Assembly: GCA_977017645.1 (NCBI GenBank)
Contig: OZ360242.1
Coordinates: 28,644,001 to 28,708,000 of the forward strand
DNA from: Torpedo marmorata
Lineage: Eukaryota
Length of the DNA stretch: 64,000 nt
Direction: 5' to 3'
Each line of letters opens with the position of its first letter. Position 1 is the stretch's first letter. Made by a program: the position numbers and the translations under genes. The notes beneath the pieces are model-generated. The model worked only from the letters and a program-made list of their open reading frames with translations, did no database searches and had not been told where the DNA came from. Below, piece after piece: positions 42,301 through 57,300 of the stretch.

Positions 42301-45300
42301 TTTCTTCTTCTTTCTTTCTTTTCGGGAGGGTTAGGGAGGGGAGGGTGGGGGGGAGGTGAAAATGTATCACATGTAATTTGAGAAATTTGCGTTTTAAACT
42401 GTGTATTGTGTGATTTAAAAATTTTAAATAAAATATATTAAAAAAAAAAAAAAGAAATAGTCAGTTGATGGTCAGGACCCTTTATGAAAGATGAAAATGG
42501 GCCATAGAGCAAAATGGGATGGTAATTATACACAAACTGTTTACAAATACCTTCCTGAACAAACTTTGAACCAAATGAATTAACTGAAGCTTCTATTTAA
42601 AATAATACTCTTAATGTCAAGTTTCAATTTATTTTCCATCCACTCTCTGGTTTTTGCTAAATATGTCCAAATCAACATGGGCAAACTGTCTTATTATTGT
42701 GGAAATCCAATTCATTTGGTGATATTTGGTGCACAGGAAGCAGTTTAGTTAACGTAACATTGAGACAGTTCACAAAGCACGAGCAGTATCCATATGTAAC
42801 TGTATCTCTGATTTAAAGTCAAATTTAAGACTCCAAAAAATAAATGCATCACAGGAATATAACAAAACACTAAAAATTTGGCATGGGGACACAGTGAGGT
42901 ATGATAGAGATCAATAAAGGTTCAGCTGAAGAAGTAAATGTCTTGACAGAAAAAAGCCAGATACACACATGTAGAAATTCACGAAGGTAATGCCAGTGCT
43001 TTGTGCCTTGACAGATGAAGGCAAGGCACAACTATGAATGATCCAGCAGTTCCATTAAGGAAAGTCCAGCGACAGTGGCCACCTCAGAGAGCTCCATATG
43101 GAAGAAGGGAGGGACAAGACCATGGAGTTTGAACAAAAAGAACAATAATTCTGGGATCGAGCCAGTTCAGAAGAGCAAGCACAGGACTGACATGAATTTA
43201 ACAAGATTGATGATGTAGCGTGGATAAACAAGTTTACAAAAGTAGAATGAGGAAAGCCAGTGTACTGAAACAGCTGTCTGGAGTTAACAGAGGCAAGGAG
43301 GTGAGGCAAGGCTGGAAATGGGTGGTGTTATGAAGGTGGAAATGAGCGGTCTCAGTGCTGGCATGAGTATGAAGTTTAAAACTCAACGTGCGATCAAATG
43401 TGACAGGAAGATTGCAAACAATCTGGTTTGGTTTCAGGTGGTTTCCAGGAAGAGGGATCAAATTAATAACTGAGGAATGGAGGTTGAAATTAGCATCAGA
43501 GAGGAAGGAGATAAGTTAAGCAAACTTTTGCTTGCTCACTCCAAGATGTCAGACAATAAGATGCAAAATCAAGAGAGGTCATGGTGAACTAGTCAGTTTG
43601 CACATTGAAAGAAAAATTGCACGTACAAATGTTGTTGCCAGCGCACCAAATAGATGAAAAAACAAGTTACAAGAGAATAAACATTTGGACACCAGAAATA
43701 ACAGCTGGAAGAGAAGTTAGTCTCTCGCCATAATAAGAATGGAACCAGACAAGTGGTGTCCAGAGTAGAGAGGTGATGAAAGAACATGAAGCCGTTAACC
43801 ACATTACATTGTCCAGACAGGTTGAGATAGGCAAGGAGGGGTACGCTACCTTTTCCCACAATCACATGGAGTGTTCCCTGGTATGGCAGGAAGGGCATAA
43901 ACGTAACTGGAAAGATTGTAATTTGTTCCTTTACTCAGAGATTGAAGGGCTTTTGGACAATTGATTGGTATATGTTTTATAAATTAGCATTCAATCTTTT
44001 GAAGCAGATAAACGTCGTAACAAAATTGTGTAAAATGTATTTAAAGTTGGGTTTTGATTGAAGATGATGAATCAAACACCAACACAAAAGGTATAAAAAT
44101 AATGGAGTATTTATCTGTAATTTTTCTCTACATTAAAGGACAGACCAACACATTTTATCTTATTACATCAAACTCTGGTCAGAAATATTGTATTTTCACC
44201 ATTTTAGAAGGCCTGGACCAATTCTATAACTTACTGGGTTGAAGTCTGGATTCCTCCTGGTTAACATCTCTATCTGAACAAGGGCACTGAACATTCCCCA
44301 GTTCTTCAAAAGCCAATCTCTGGATCCATTAGTATTCCTGATACAACCAGAACCTAGAGGAAAAGGAGATTGCAGATTAGCCATCAATGGCATTTACCAG
44401 GAATAGTTCACAGCATCAAACTATTTTTATTCTGGAATACTGAGATCAGAAGATGTTTCAATGTTTTGAGGTTACATGATTGAATTTCTCAGCCTTTTAA
44501 CTTTCAATCCAAATTATTCTTAGTTCAATACATTAAGACTTTAATCAAGAACTTCTGTCGCTCTCATGTCAGTGGATGTAAATCTATTTTTTCCACCAAA
44601 AGCCTTTGTAGCTTACCTGTGGTGTCAAGGTAATGAAGGATCCATATGTTTAGCACAGTCTCTCTTGTCTCCTGTTGCATCTCTCTGAATCCATTACTCA
44701 GACCTTTTACACTAAGTAGATAAATAGTAACAAAATTATTCATCTGACTTCTAATCAATGGTATAGTTTCATCTGCTGGAGAACAAGTGAGGGAATCTTC
44801 ATTCAACATGCCTAGCAATCAGCTCCTGTGTACAAGACATAAAATTGATCTAAACTTTTCTCCCATTTTGATGAATGGTTCACAAAGATAAATCCACCAT
44901 CAACAGTGATGCCCCTTGAGAATTGAAATCTATATAGCAGTATTCAGTGGCCTCTTTATTGGGTGCCTCTCTTCCATTTAGCTTTTCCAAGATCAATAGG
45001 AATATATCTAATCCAATACTCAAACATACATTACGAATCTGGTTCCAATTTAGGAAATATTTTAATTTAAAAAACTTTGTCTTATCTAGTGCTATCTCTC
45101 ATAACTATTTTTTTCGACCATCAATAAATGATCAATTTTTCTCTATATGGAACATCAAAGGTATTGTTTCTTTTGCAAATTTATTTAAGGAAGGTTGTTT
45201 AATGTCTTTTGAACAGCTTGCAAGTAAATATGACTTACCAAATACTCATTTTTTAAAGATATTTACAGATTAGAAATTTCTTAAATATCATATTACGGGA

Positions 45301-48300
45301 TTTTCTATTTATATATCCACCAGATTTAGTTGATAATATTTTTCAATTGAATCCTTCTTAGAAAAGATTAATTGGAATTATATATGATAGATTATTAAAA
45401 TTACGTCCAGTACTCCATGATAAGATTAAAAAGGCTTGGGAACTGGAATCTATGGGACAAGATTTTTAAATTGGTAAATACATCTTCTATATGTGCCCGA
45501 CATTCATTAATCCAATTCAAAGTGGTGCATCGTGTTCACATGTCCAAAGATAAATTGGCTAGTATTTTTTCTAATATTAACCCTATTTGTGACAAATGCA
45601 AATCTGAAATTTCTACATTGACACATATGTTTTGGTCTTGTTCATCGTTAGAAAACTATTGGAAAGAAATTTTTAATATCTTTTCAACTATACTCCAGGT
45701 GAAGCTACGACCCAATCCAGTAACTGCTCTTTTCGGGGTTATTGACCCAGACATAGGAAGTTTTTCTGTACCTGTTCAACGGGTTGTGGCTTTCTCTACA
45801 TTGTTGGCTAGAAGAGCCATACTATTCAAATGGAAAGACTGGACCTCCAACAGTGTTTCAATGGTTTTCTCATATTATGTCTTGTTTAAGCTTAGAAAAA
45901 ATTAGATATCATGCACTTGATTCATCGGTGAAATTTGAAGATACGTGGCGACCTTTTATGTCTTATTTTCATATGATGTATGTGTTTCTAATGTGATTAG
46001 ATGTATTTACTCTTCCTTCGTTTTTTGATTTACGGTAGGAACCAAAAATTACAAAATATATATAACTTTCAGGATAAGCTGCTCAGCTGTTTTTTGTTAG
46101 TTGTTTTTTTTTATTAGAGTAGGTTAGGTGTTTTTTTTAAAATATATATATATAAAACACTTTTGATGTTTTTTTGTCATTGCCACCTATTGCAGTGGAG
46201 GGGGAATCTAATTTATACTGTTTGAAGTTTTATTTTAATATATATACATATGTGATATTGTATTTTCAATTTTGTTCCCTTTTCTTCATTGTATTGTATT
46301 TCTTATAAAAATCAATAAAAAAGATTGAAAAAGAAAAAGAACAGTGATGCCCCATTGATCTCGCATCAAATTTTGATGTGGAACTTTGTTGAGTCTGTAC
46401 AGGGCACTTCGTCTCCAGTCTGCTTTCTGATTTTATGCTTCTATGTTTTGATGCTGCCTTTCCAATTCAAACTGTAGAAGAGGATTATTCTGAAAGAGAA
46501 TCCTTCACTTACATTGCCTGGTAACCATCACAAGTAATGTTCCTTGTCTGCAAAGGTTTTAGCACGAACTGGGAAATGCCAGCAATGAATGTCCTGAATC
46601 GCTCCTGGAACCACATTCTCAGGAAGGTGACACTCGTTAAGTTTTCAAAGGTCTTCACAGTCTCCCAAAGTGCATTCATAAACGTGATCTTTGTCATCAG
46701 GGGAATTGATGATCGGTTTGGAAACTGAAAAAAAAAAGGATTGTGTTTAAACTCAGTAAACAAAGAGCTGTTTTGTCACCACAGATTTCAAACGTGATCC
46801 TTCCCTTTATAAGAGAACTCAGTAAATTGTAAAAAATGAAATTATGAAGGAAAATCAATGGCCTACACCTGTTACTGTTTATGTCTTCAGTGGAATCATA
46901 CAAGTGTAAGAAACAAAGCGCATATTCAGCCAGTACATTGTATGATGGCTAATATTTTGTGATGAGCAAATGCCAATGGTACGGCATTCGGTGACGGGTT
47001 GTTTTGGAATGGTACGGTGACCCATTCCAAAACTAATTCCCATATTGGTTCAAGAATACTTTGTTGGCTGAAATGTGCCTTGGGATGGGATGTTGTGAAG
47101 TTATTAAAGATCACTTTTCCCTTATTTTAGTTCCTGCCAAAGAAATGGCACATATTTAGTGGGTAATTTTTGCGCACTATTCAAGGCAAAAAAAAAACTC
47201 TCAATTGGATGGATAGTTAATTTATTTCCTGACCAATTTTGTTCTTTATGTCAATAGAAAGTGTGAAGTGATGCATGTTGGGAAGTTAAAACAGAGCACG
47301 ACATACACAGTGAATGGCATGGCCCTGGGGATTGTTGTTAGAGATGCTTTGGGATACAAGTACATTATTCCTTGAAAGTGGCAACACAGGGAGACAAGGT
47401 GACGTAGAAAGTTTATGGCCTCCTTGCCTTCATTGACTGAGGCATTTAATGTTGGGACATCATGCTCCAATTGTACAAAATGTTCGTTAGGCTGCTCTTG
47501 GAGTAGTGTGTCCGGTTCTGGTCACCACACCAAAGGTAGGATGTGATTAAGTTGGAGACGGTGCAAAAAAGATTCACAAAGATGTCGCCTGGATTTAAAG
47601 GTTTGAGTTATCAGGATAGGCTAGGTCTGTTTTCGCTGGATTAAAGGAGGCCGAAAGGTGACTCGAGAGAGGTAAATAAAATTATGTGAGGCATAGATAG
47701 TCAGATTATGTTTCCCATGGAAGGTGTGTCAAAAAATAAGTAGTTACCTGGTTGTTGAATTTGTCGAGGGCCTCGGTCAGGGTGGTTCTGTTAAGTTTCC
47801 GAACAAAAATGGTCAGTGCACTTTCATCTGACCTGTTCAAAGCTTTTGGACCAGTGAAACAATGAAACACATCTGCCAGGTCATCACTGCTTAAACTGGA
47901 GATGAGTCGATCAGCCTGAAAAGAAATTCATATCAAAAGATATTTGTTAGCTTGAAGCACTCCATTATTTTGATGTAAAATATTGGCAAGTGTCTCAATT
48001 CTTTTAGCCATAAAAAAAAACAGCTGGAGAAACTTTGTGAGCTGTGCAGCATCCATGGGGGAAAGGATGTGTCGACGTTTTGGACCGATTTCCTGCATCA
48101 GCACCTGATGCAGAGACTCATCCTGAAATATCAGTGATTTCTTTACCCCACAGATGCTGAGAACCCCCAGCAATTTTTTGCTTCACATTCCAACGTGTAG
48201 CCTTACATCTTGACTCATTTCTTTGAATAATCTGTGTAAAATGTATTTATTACAACTGTTAAAATGACATCATAATACAGAAATGCCTAAACTTACGGTT

Positions 48301-51300
48301 TTGTGTGAAAGACTGACTGATGAGAAGCTTACCTCAGCACATGCATAGTCAGTAACGTTGAAGTTGCAGAGCTGACTCACATTAATATTGAGCAGGAAAG
48401 TCTTCAAAGCTGAACTACAGGGAGAAAAGGTGATCTATTCTTAGGAAAGATGTTACTGTGAGTAACAAATAGTCAAACAGATTCTTTCCGACCATTTACA
48501 TCTCACAATTTGAGGTTAATAATATGTGATTTAAGAATTCAATATTACTAAATAATACACAACAAAATATTTTGAATATCTGCTATGTCAGGAGATATCA
48601 TTCACTGACGCATTGACAGAATCTGTGAAACTACACAGAAAAGATGTATTGAATTCTTACCTGTCTATTGCTCTACACAATGTAGTTTCTGTATGAGGAA
48701 TTAAAAAGAAATAATTATTACATTGGAATTAAAATACTAGAACTGGTCAAGTTATAAAATAATGCAGAAAATACACTTACCATTAACTGTGGTATTACCA
48801 GGCTAAGGAATAGAAATAATAAGAACTTTAATGCCGAATCATCTTAAATTAACACACAATGGTGGTAACATTCAAATATTGTTGGAAGTAATGAGTAATT
48901 ATTTAATCAATTACTTTTCCTTAATCTACAACATTTAAAAAATATCGGCTATGTAGATAAGAATTATAAAAATTAAACGCTGCAAAAACAAACAAGAAAG
49001 TATACTGAAAATTGACATTCGGAAAATATAGTGTTGAGATTTTCTTACTTTGTTGTCAATTTCAGGTTCTGTAAAAAAAAAAGAAGCACAACAATGTCAG
49101 AAGATGCTCGAGTTGGCATGTTATTAAACTTAATCAAATATGAATTATGAATTAAGTCAATATTGGAATCAACATTTGTTTTGATAAGATCATCTTGTCC
49201 CACAGTACAATCTGTTCACAACTGAATTTTGACCTGTACTGTTCCCTACAATTGTGGAATTTAGCATGTTAAAGCATCCATTACCACCCTGAGGATAAAG
49301 GCACCAATCTTTCATCTAACATCAAATTGTGCAATGCACACAAAGTAGCAGCAGAGCCAAAACTACAGAACTATGAGTTATCAGCTGGAGACTATATTGA
49401 AGGATTTCAAGACAAAATTTGACTGATATTGAACACTTTGGCAAGAAATTACCTGATGAATTATTTGGAATACCTCCTGTCAGGCCAAGTTTGCTCACTT
49501 CAGACTCACTGTGTGAGGCCACCCAAACCCTGACTACAGTTTCATTCTCTCCACTTTGCAAAGCGCGAAGGTGATATCCAAGCAAATTGATCAGAGTTTC
49601 AGCACTCAGTTTCTGAAAATAAATAAACATTTAATGAACGACAACCACAGCAAAATATTTTGTACTTTATCTTGACTTTCATTTCATCTGGATAAATGGA
49701 TAGAGATTAAAAAAATGGGATGTTGGATTTGAATAAGGTTTCAGGATGCAATATTTTGAGTCGCTCAGCAAAAGGCTCACATTGGGCACCAGAAACGTGG
49801 AGAACATCCCCCGTTGAGAAGGAGAAGCATAGGAGATGACCCTACAGAAAGGTGACCATGGCAGCGGACCAGCGAGGGGCTCAGTGGCTGTAGGACCCAC
49901 ACAGGCTGTGGGCCGCTGGCGACTTGCGGTCAAAGTATCCACACAGGCTGTGGGCTGCTGGTGACTTGCGTCGAAGGACCCACACAAGCTGGGGGCTGCT
50001 GGGGACTGGTTCCAAGGAACCAGGCATTAGAACCTGGATTCGGGAGGGTGCTGAAGCCAAGAAGAGCCCCCGAAGTGCCCCGGGTGCTGAAAGGTTCCTG
50101 ATTTCTTTGTAGATTTGGATCTGAATTGCTTGAACAGAAGTCTGTGAGGTTGCAGAAGCACTGGAGGCGAATCCACTGACACTCAATGTCTCTGAAGGGA
50201 CTCTCCTTTGCTTCTCTTTCTCCTATTGTTAGGGACGCAGGACAATGCTCATGGCCACTCTTTTGTTTGCCTTATAACAGACAAAATCTGAAGTGCTGTA
50301 TATCATGCATATTACATTTTTATGATTTTAACGTGACAATAAAAGGAACTTTGAACCTTAAGTTACAAAATACAAAAGTACAAGACAAGTCGGCATAGGT
50401 TAAAGGAAATGACTTAGAGGTTTAGAAAGGATCGGAGGAAGATCTTTTTTTATATAAGGGGGTGCCCATTCTAAAAATACGAGAAGAAATTTTTTCACCT
50501 CAAGGGCGGTGAATATTTGGAATTTGCTGCCCTTGATGGTTATGCAGGAGTCACCACTGAGCATATTTGAAGCAGAGATCAATAGGTTTTAAGAGAAACA
50601 AATGGATATAGAGATTGCACAAGAAAGTAGCCAAAAGACAAGCCATGATCTAATTCAACAGCTCAATCAAGAACATTATGTAAGATTCAGAGAGGGTATT
50701 TAATGAGCTGAGATTGAAACAAGAAGTTAAGAAATTGTAACCATGACAATGTTAATGAAATAAGGAAACATTTGGTCTCTATATACCTTTACTTCTTCAG
50801 GATCCAATCGTCTGAAGGTTGAAAAATCCATGTTGACGCTGTTGTTTGCAAGAAACTTCAGATCATCAGCTTGGGCACCACCTGAAGAAAAGAGAGATAT
50901 TTTCTATCTTTATGTGGAGGGTTGAGTAAAGGCACAAAACCAAATGTTACTGCAGGTGAAGGAAGCAGACACAGGGACAAAAAAGGGGATGTATTTTTAG
51001 GGTACTCTGTTTACGACATGGAATAATTTTGAAAGGCAAAACATCTGTTGGTCTATTCAGTATTCAAGATTATCCGAGACCTGCCAAGAAATTTAAACTA
51101 TGCCCCTCACCTCCTGTGCATGCTTGGGTTTTGCACTGGGATTCTTCGGGTTCCCTGTGATCGAAAAGGATCCGATCTCATTGATGCAAGAGTGCATCTA
51201 TTTTATCCACTGAATTTGGAGTATTAGTCATACTGACGAATTATTGGGACAGGGACATTTGTGGTCACTTTACAGACTTGGGTGCCCATCCAATTGTTGG

Positions 51301-54300
51301 ACAATTGTTAAGACTTGAGCCTAATTCAGTTTCATGTTCACACAGGAGTTCTGCTTCAATAGTGGTGGTCTGGATTGAACAGAGTTAAACAGGATCAATA
51401 TCTCTGAATGCTTCACAACTTGAAGGTTCTTAAGATTTCATCATCTTACAACTGAACCTTTGTAAGCTGATTGCATCTTAACACTGACAATTGACAAAAT
51501 CCTGACTCGGCAGATTTCAAATCTGATTTTGGCAGTTTCTGCAGTTCAGTTCAAAAACCAATGCAAAAAGGAAGTTGTGATTAATTCAGACAATTGGCCA
51601 AATTAAAAAAAGAATTAACGTACCAACATATGACTTTATCAGCTGAAAATAGGGGATTGGGCTGTTTCGTTGAGAGCTGAGAGCAGTGACAGCCAAATCA
51701 TAAAGCAAACGTTGCTTTTCCCGTGCACACGCAGAAAGATCCAGAGCTCCGGCATCCCTGAGGAAAGAAGTCACAAATAAATCCTACCAAGTGTCTCTGC
51801 AATTACACCAGGTCAAGGGACCGGAATGTGTACCTTGCAGCTCAAGAAATATACCCAATCTGTTGACTGTATCTGGGAGAGTGTTAGAAGTTCCAAACTC
51901 AAAATCACATTTACCAGCACAATTCATACTATTGATAACACCAGATCAGAAACTGAAATAAAATATAACTGCAGGCATTTTCACCTTGACAAGTCCGAAT
52001 GGCTACAGCCATCAACTGAGTGAATGGCTGCACACTCAGCATCAAGGTTGACAAGAAGAACAGGTTCCTGGAAGAAGCTGTCCCAATACAAATACATTGA
52101 AGAAAAAACTCTCAATAATTAAGTTATCATTATGACTCCAGCTATAAGAGACTTTCCTCTACATATTGGAGAAAATTGGAATTACTTTAGACACACTGGA
52201 AAGTGCAGATGCTGGAATTTGAAGCTAAACACAATCTGCTGGAGCAACTCATCGGTGGAGCAGTGTCACCAAGAGAAAAGGTATGGTCAATGTTAAGCCA
52301 AAAAACTTCATCAAGACTGGAGGTGTGGAGAATTTAGTGTAAAGAGATCAAGGTGTGAAGGGTAGGACAGAGGCCCATGTGGGATTGGTGAAGTGAACCA
52401 TGACAGACAGTAGCAGTAGGTTGGCAGAGGCCAGTAAAAGGGGAGGAAGAGGCAAGAAAACCAAAGGGGTCAGGTGGAGGAAAATGAGTCATACAGGGTG
52501 GAGAGGGTAATTAGGAGAGAAAGGCTGCCAGTTTTGTGATTTGATCAGTAGAGAAGGTGACAATGGTGGTATAAAGAGAGACCAGGAAGAACCAAAGAGG
52601 ATGGTGGGAAAAGAGTGGAAGAATCCACTCTTTTCCCACCAGACAGCAGACAGAATCAAAGAGGAGGGGGAATGAGAATAGGTAGGAACCAGGTGAGGTT
52701 GAGTGGGAAACGTGACAAAAATAAGGATGGAAAGTGAAGGGGAGAGGGGGAAGAGCAGAAGTGGCACTGAAGAAGAAAGGGGACTGATTACCTGAAATTA
52801 GAAAATTCTGCGTTCATACATTTGGGCTGATGTTGGACTGCCCAGGCTGAATATCAAGTGTTTTTCCTCTAGTTTGCTTTGGGCCCCACACATATTAAAT
52901 TAAAACACTGCCACAAAATGGCAAAGATCAATAAGACGGAGGTCATATTGATGCTTATAATCACCAAGCTGTCAGTTTATGTCTCAACCAAATTCCTTAG
53001 AGAAGGAATAACCTAACTGTGAGCTGTAAAGTTGGTTTACAAAATGGCTCATTGCTGCACAATTACTTGGACTGAGTGAGTTCAAAGACTGATACTTTGT
53101 TCCTCAGGAAATCAGATAATTTTACCAGAAAACTAGTAATTGAAAGATGTATACTTACGTCAATTTGGAAATTGTCTTCAGTTGTTCTTGATTCAAAGTG
53201 CACAAATTGGCTCCACCAATGCCTTTCAAAGAAACTGCATTGAGGTTACCGCCTGACTGCAGAAATTGTGTAATGAATGTCACCTGTTGAAAGATATTTG
53301 AAGAGCAGATGATTATTCATTGTCAAATGGTGATCTTTTATTCTTGTTTTCTTACATTTTTGAAATATTATTTTGGTTTAGTATGGAATTCTTTTAAACT
53401 ATACATCAGTAAATGGTTATCAATATCTCCCATCCATTGCACCCCATGTAGAATTTTCACTTTACCATTTTGGCCACTTCTTCTAATCACCAACTCTACC
53501 TCATCGTGCGAAGCTAATTACAAATCACTTCAAATAACAACGCCCCATGTATATCACGTTTTGCAAAGGAAATTCCAGATTACATCACCATATGCCTGCA
53601 GATAGCAAACTGTTTGCATTTATCTTTTCTTAGTGTCAGTACCGTTATGTTATCCAGCTGTTGCTTCATCAATGCAGAAAGTGTCTCAACCCGAGTGATA
53701 TTCCAGCTGCTGACTTCTGTTGCATTAAATACAGTGGATATGTTGCCCAACAGTTGAATCTGGTTTTCTGGGAGCCCCTTGGGATAAATCTATTTCAGGA
53801 AATACAACATCATAAAACTCAGTCATTTTGTTAGAAGAGGTTTTCTCTATTCATGGTCTACCTGGCTCTTTAAACTTGTCTTGAATTCAACTGGATCAAG
53901 AATGATCTGATCAGTGGCTTCAACTGTCGGATTCCCGAATCATTGCTGACCCCATTATCCAAAATCTACCTGAACCTTGAATATACTGTACAAAATGTCA
54001 CGGCAAGCACAGCACTCAAAGGTTTAAAGAGAATTAAGAAGGCACAACATCAAGCTTAAATGGGAAATCCTTTATCCTATAACTGGCCACAATTCGAGAT
54101 TCCCTCCTGTATCCACCCTGTTAAGCCACCTCTGAATATTTTAGGTTTTTATTGGAAAAACTTTTATTCTTCTAACCTCCAGAGACCTTAGGCCCGTTTC
54201 ACTCAACTTATCCTCACAACCCAACCCCTTCATTTGATGAATCACTTTAATGAAGTTCCCAACACTGCCAGAAAGCTAAATACACCTATCTATAAATGAA

Positions 54301-57300
54301 GAGGTCAAAATTATACATACTGCTCTGCACATGGTTTCATCAAAGCACTGTACAGTTGAAGAAAGATTTCCCAACTTTTTTGCACCATGTCTTTTGTAAT
54401 AAAAGCACGCTAAATGTACGGTTAGCGCAGCGCTAATACAGTGCTGAAAGGAGTTTGTACGTTGTACCTGTCCCTGCGTGTGTTTCCTCTGGTGCCCCAG
54501 TTTCCTCCCACCATTCAAAATTGGACAGGGTTTGGAAGTTAATTGGTGTATTTGGGTGGCACGGTCTCTTGAGCCAGAAGGGCCAATTACTGTCCTGTTT
54601 ATATTTAAAACATATATTCTATCTGATTTTTTTCTATTGTGAAGATTCACCACCCATTTCTGAACACCAGTCATTAGTTATGCACTATATAAATAATATT
54701 CTTTTTTACACTTGCTACCAACATAATTTATTATCCTCACCTTATCCTCTATCAGTGAGCTTTATATTCACTTAACTGCTGTCCTCCTAATAACTTACTT
54801 CTGGCATACAATACATCCAGTCCTTCTTCAAAGTTATGAACACAAATTCTAAATAACTGGAGATTCCTTCAACACCTCCCCAGTTAGAATTTGACATTGA
54901 CTAAGTAACCCCTTCTTTCTTACTGAGCAAGTTCTCTGTTATCAAAGGAGCTGACTTTGGGATTAGACATTAAACAGAGACCTCAGCTGACATTTCAGGA
55001 TTTGGTTAAAAATAATCATGACTCTATATGTAAAACAGGCACAGAGTTCCCTGTGCTCCTGCCCCAAGTGAATTCCTTCAGCAAGTGATGACATATTTTT
55101 TAATGTAATAATTACCATTCTCTGCATCATCTTGTCAACACAAGACATTTGCTGTGAACCAATGCAGGAGGTCACATGGAGGGAGGTGGGTACATGCAAC
55201 AAACTGCTAAAGGAACTGGTAGAGGCAGGGATAATTGCAATACTTCAAAGACATTTGGACAGGAAATATTGAGAGGTATATGGGCTGAACAAAGGCAAAT
55301 GGGACAACATTGGTCAGTATGGGCAAGTTGGTCAAAGGTCGTGTGCCCTTGCAGTAAAACTATGATTCCATTTCCTGAGGCAACGAAAGGCATCGCAACA
55401 ATACTGCATTTGTATAAGGAAATAAATAAGAAGTTTGCAGATACTGGGGTCCAGTGCAGTACAAAAAAAGTGGTGGAGAAACTTAGCAGGTCACGCAGCA
55501 TCCATTGTAAGGAAAAAGGCAATTGATATTTTGACATCAGGAAGACTGGATGCAAATTGGGGGGGGGGGGGACGCTTCGTCAAGCCCCTTCGCTCTGCCC
55601 GCTGCCACAGTGAGGATCTATCAGTGGCCAACCACCACTTCAATTCCACACTCCATTGCCACACTGATCTATCTGTCCATGGCCTCATGTACTGCCAGAT
55701 TGAGGACACTTGTAAACCTCGTATTCAGTCTCAGCAGTCTCCAACCAGGTGGCATCAACATTGACTTCCCCAATTTCTGTTCACCCCCTCCCAACATTCT
55801 CCTGATTTCCCTTCTCCTCTGTCTCCTTTCCTTCAGCTCGCCGGTCCCTTCCCTTCCTTCTCCGATCGGAGAACTATCTTTCTCAGCCTCCCCTTACTAC
55901 CCCTCAGCTCCTTTCTCTTTTTCACCCTCTAACCCGTGTCCATTATCACCTGCTCGGCTTCCTCCCCCCGCCCTCTTATTCAGACGTCTGCCTGATTTTC
56001 GACACACCTTGAGAAGGGCTCAGGCCTGAAACATCGACTGACTTTTGCTTTCCATGGATGCTGTATGGCCTGCTGAGTTTCTCCAGCACGGTTATGTACT
56101 ATATTTTTACAAAGCTTACTTACACGCAGAAGTTTATTTTTCAGAACTTTCAGCTGAGTTGGATCAAAGGCTAGTGATCCCAGCTTGAGAACACCATCTT
56201 TCAGCACAGCATCACTCAAACAAAGGTCCAACTGGGTCGCATCATACTTTGCAGGAGTCAGGTCATTGATGTCTTCCGGTGCTATTTCTCCCTCTGTACA
56301 GGCTGGCAATACAAAATTCCATTGGGTGAAAGAGAGACAGGAGTGGCAGGTTAATACTGATGGCGGCTGGGTTTTTAGATTGGCTGAAGGGAGTCAAAAA
56401 GGAGAGTGGTATGACAGGCAATAGAAAAGTTGATGTGTTGGAAAGACCAAATCAAAATATAGGAGAATGGAAATGGGTCAGTCACACTTCTGGGAATGCA
56501 ATACAGAACTGCAGCCTCAGAGTGAGGTAGAAGAGAAAATCCGAAAGGAAATTTCCGTCATGTACGCAGACAACTGGGCATTAAGAGTGGAAGATTTCAA
56601 TTTCCCTAATTGGGATACAATCAGAATAACACCCCCCCTCTCCCCCCCACCGAAACCTAACACAAGAGAGATTCCAGGTGGAAAGTGGGTGGCATCAGGA
56701 AGAGGTCGCAAGTGTGGGAGACTTCAGGATGAGAGCTCCTCTCAAACAGGGATCCACAATTGGAGATTGCTGCAAGTGATGACGCCTGAAGAGATACGTA
56801 TCACTTCCAGGTGTCATCATCTTGGCGTCGATGAGTGTACCGCAGCACAGAGGCCAATAATAACGAATATTTATGCCGATGATATGGGAGTTAGTCAAGA
56901 AGTAGAAAGTGATTTCAGGAATATTACCAGTACCATGTGCAAGTGAGAACAGAAATGAATGGAAGTGAACATTTTAAATAGGGAGGAACTTGAGGAAAGG
57001 TGCATGAAGAGAACACGGTGATCTTTGGGGCATTGGAATTGGTTCTGGGTCATGAGACAACTTTTCAACAGGACAGGATGGTCTTCAACAGGACTGTCGG
57101 CGGTGCTCTCTCAGAGAAGTACACAGGTGCAGGGAGGAAAAAAATAAATTCTTCCAATTATAATTCAAAATGTTGTGACGGATCCTGTAGGGAGATATGC
57201 AATGACACATTGCCAGATATATTCAGAATTTTTGACTTTATTGAATATATATGCTCCCAATATGGATGATGATAAGTTCATTCAAGAGACTTTTCTTAAT

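Noticed and set aside
42320-42360. Telomere-like gggttaggg / G-quadruplex-like tract (similar tracts at 12775-12905)
   Set aside because: It is part of the ordinary G-rich 3' UTR of L1 elements and is not a TTAGGG array.
1249-49630. Interpretation as separate tandem paralogous genes, each ending at the 1249/49322 stop
   Set aside because: Disfavoured but not excluded. Only about 0.9 kb separates the stop from exon 1, I saw no ATG or signal-peptide exon there, and three phase-matched micro-exons bridge the gap.
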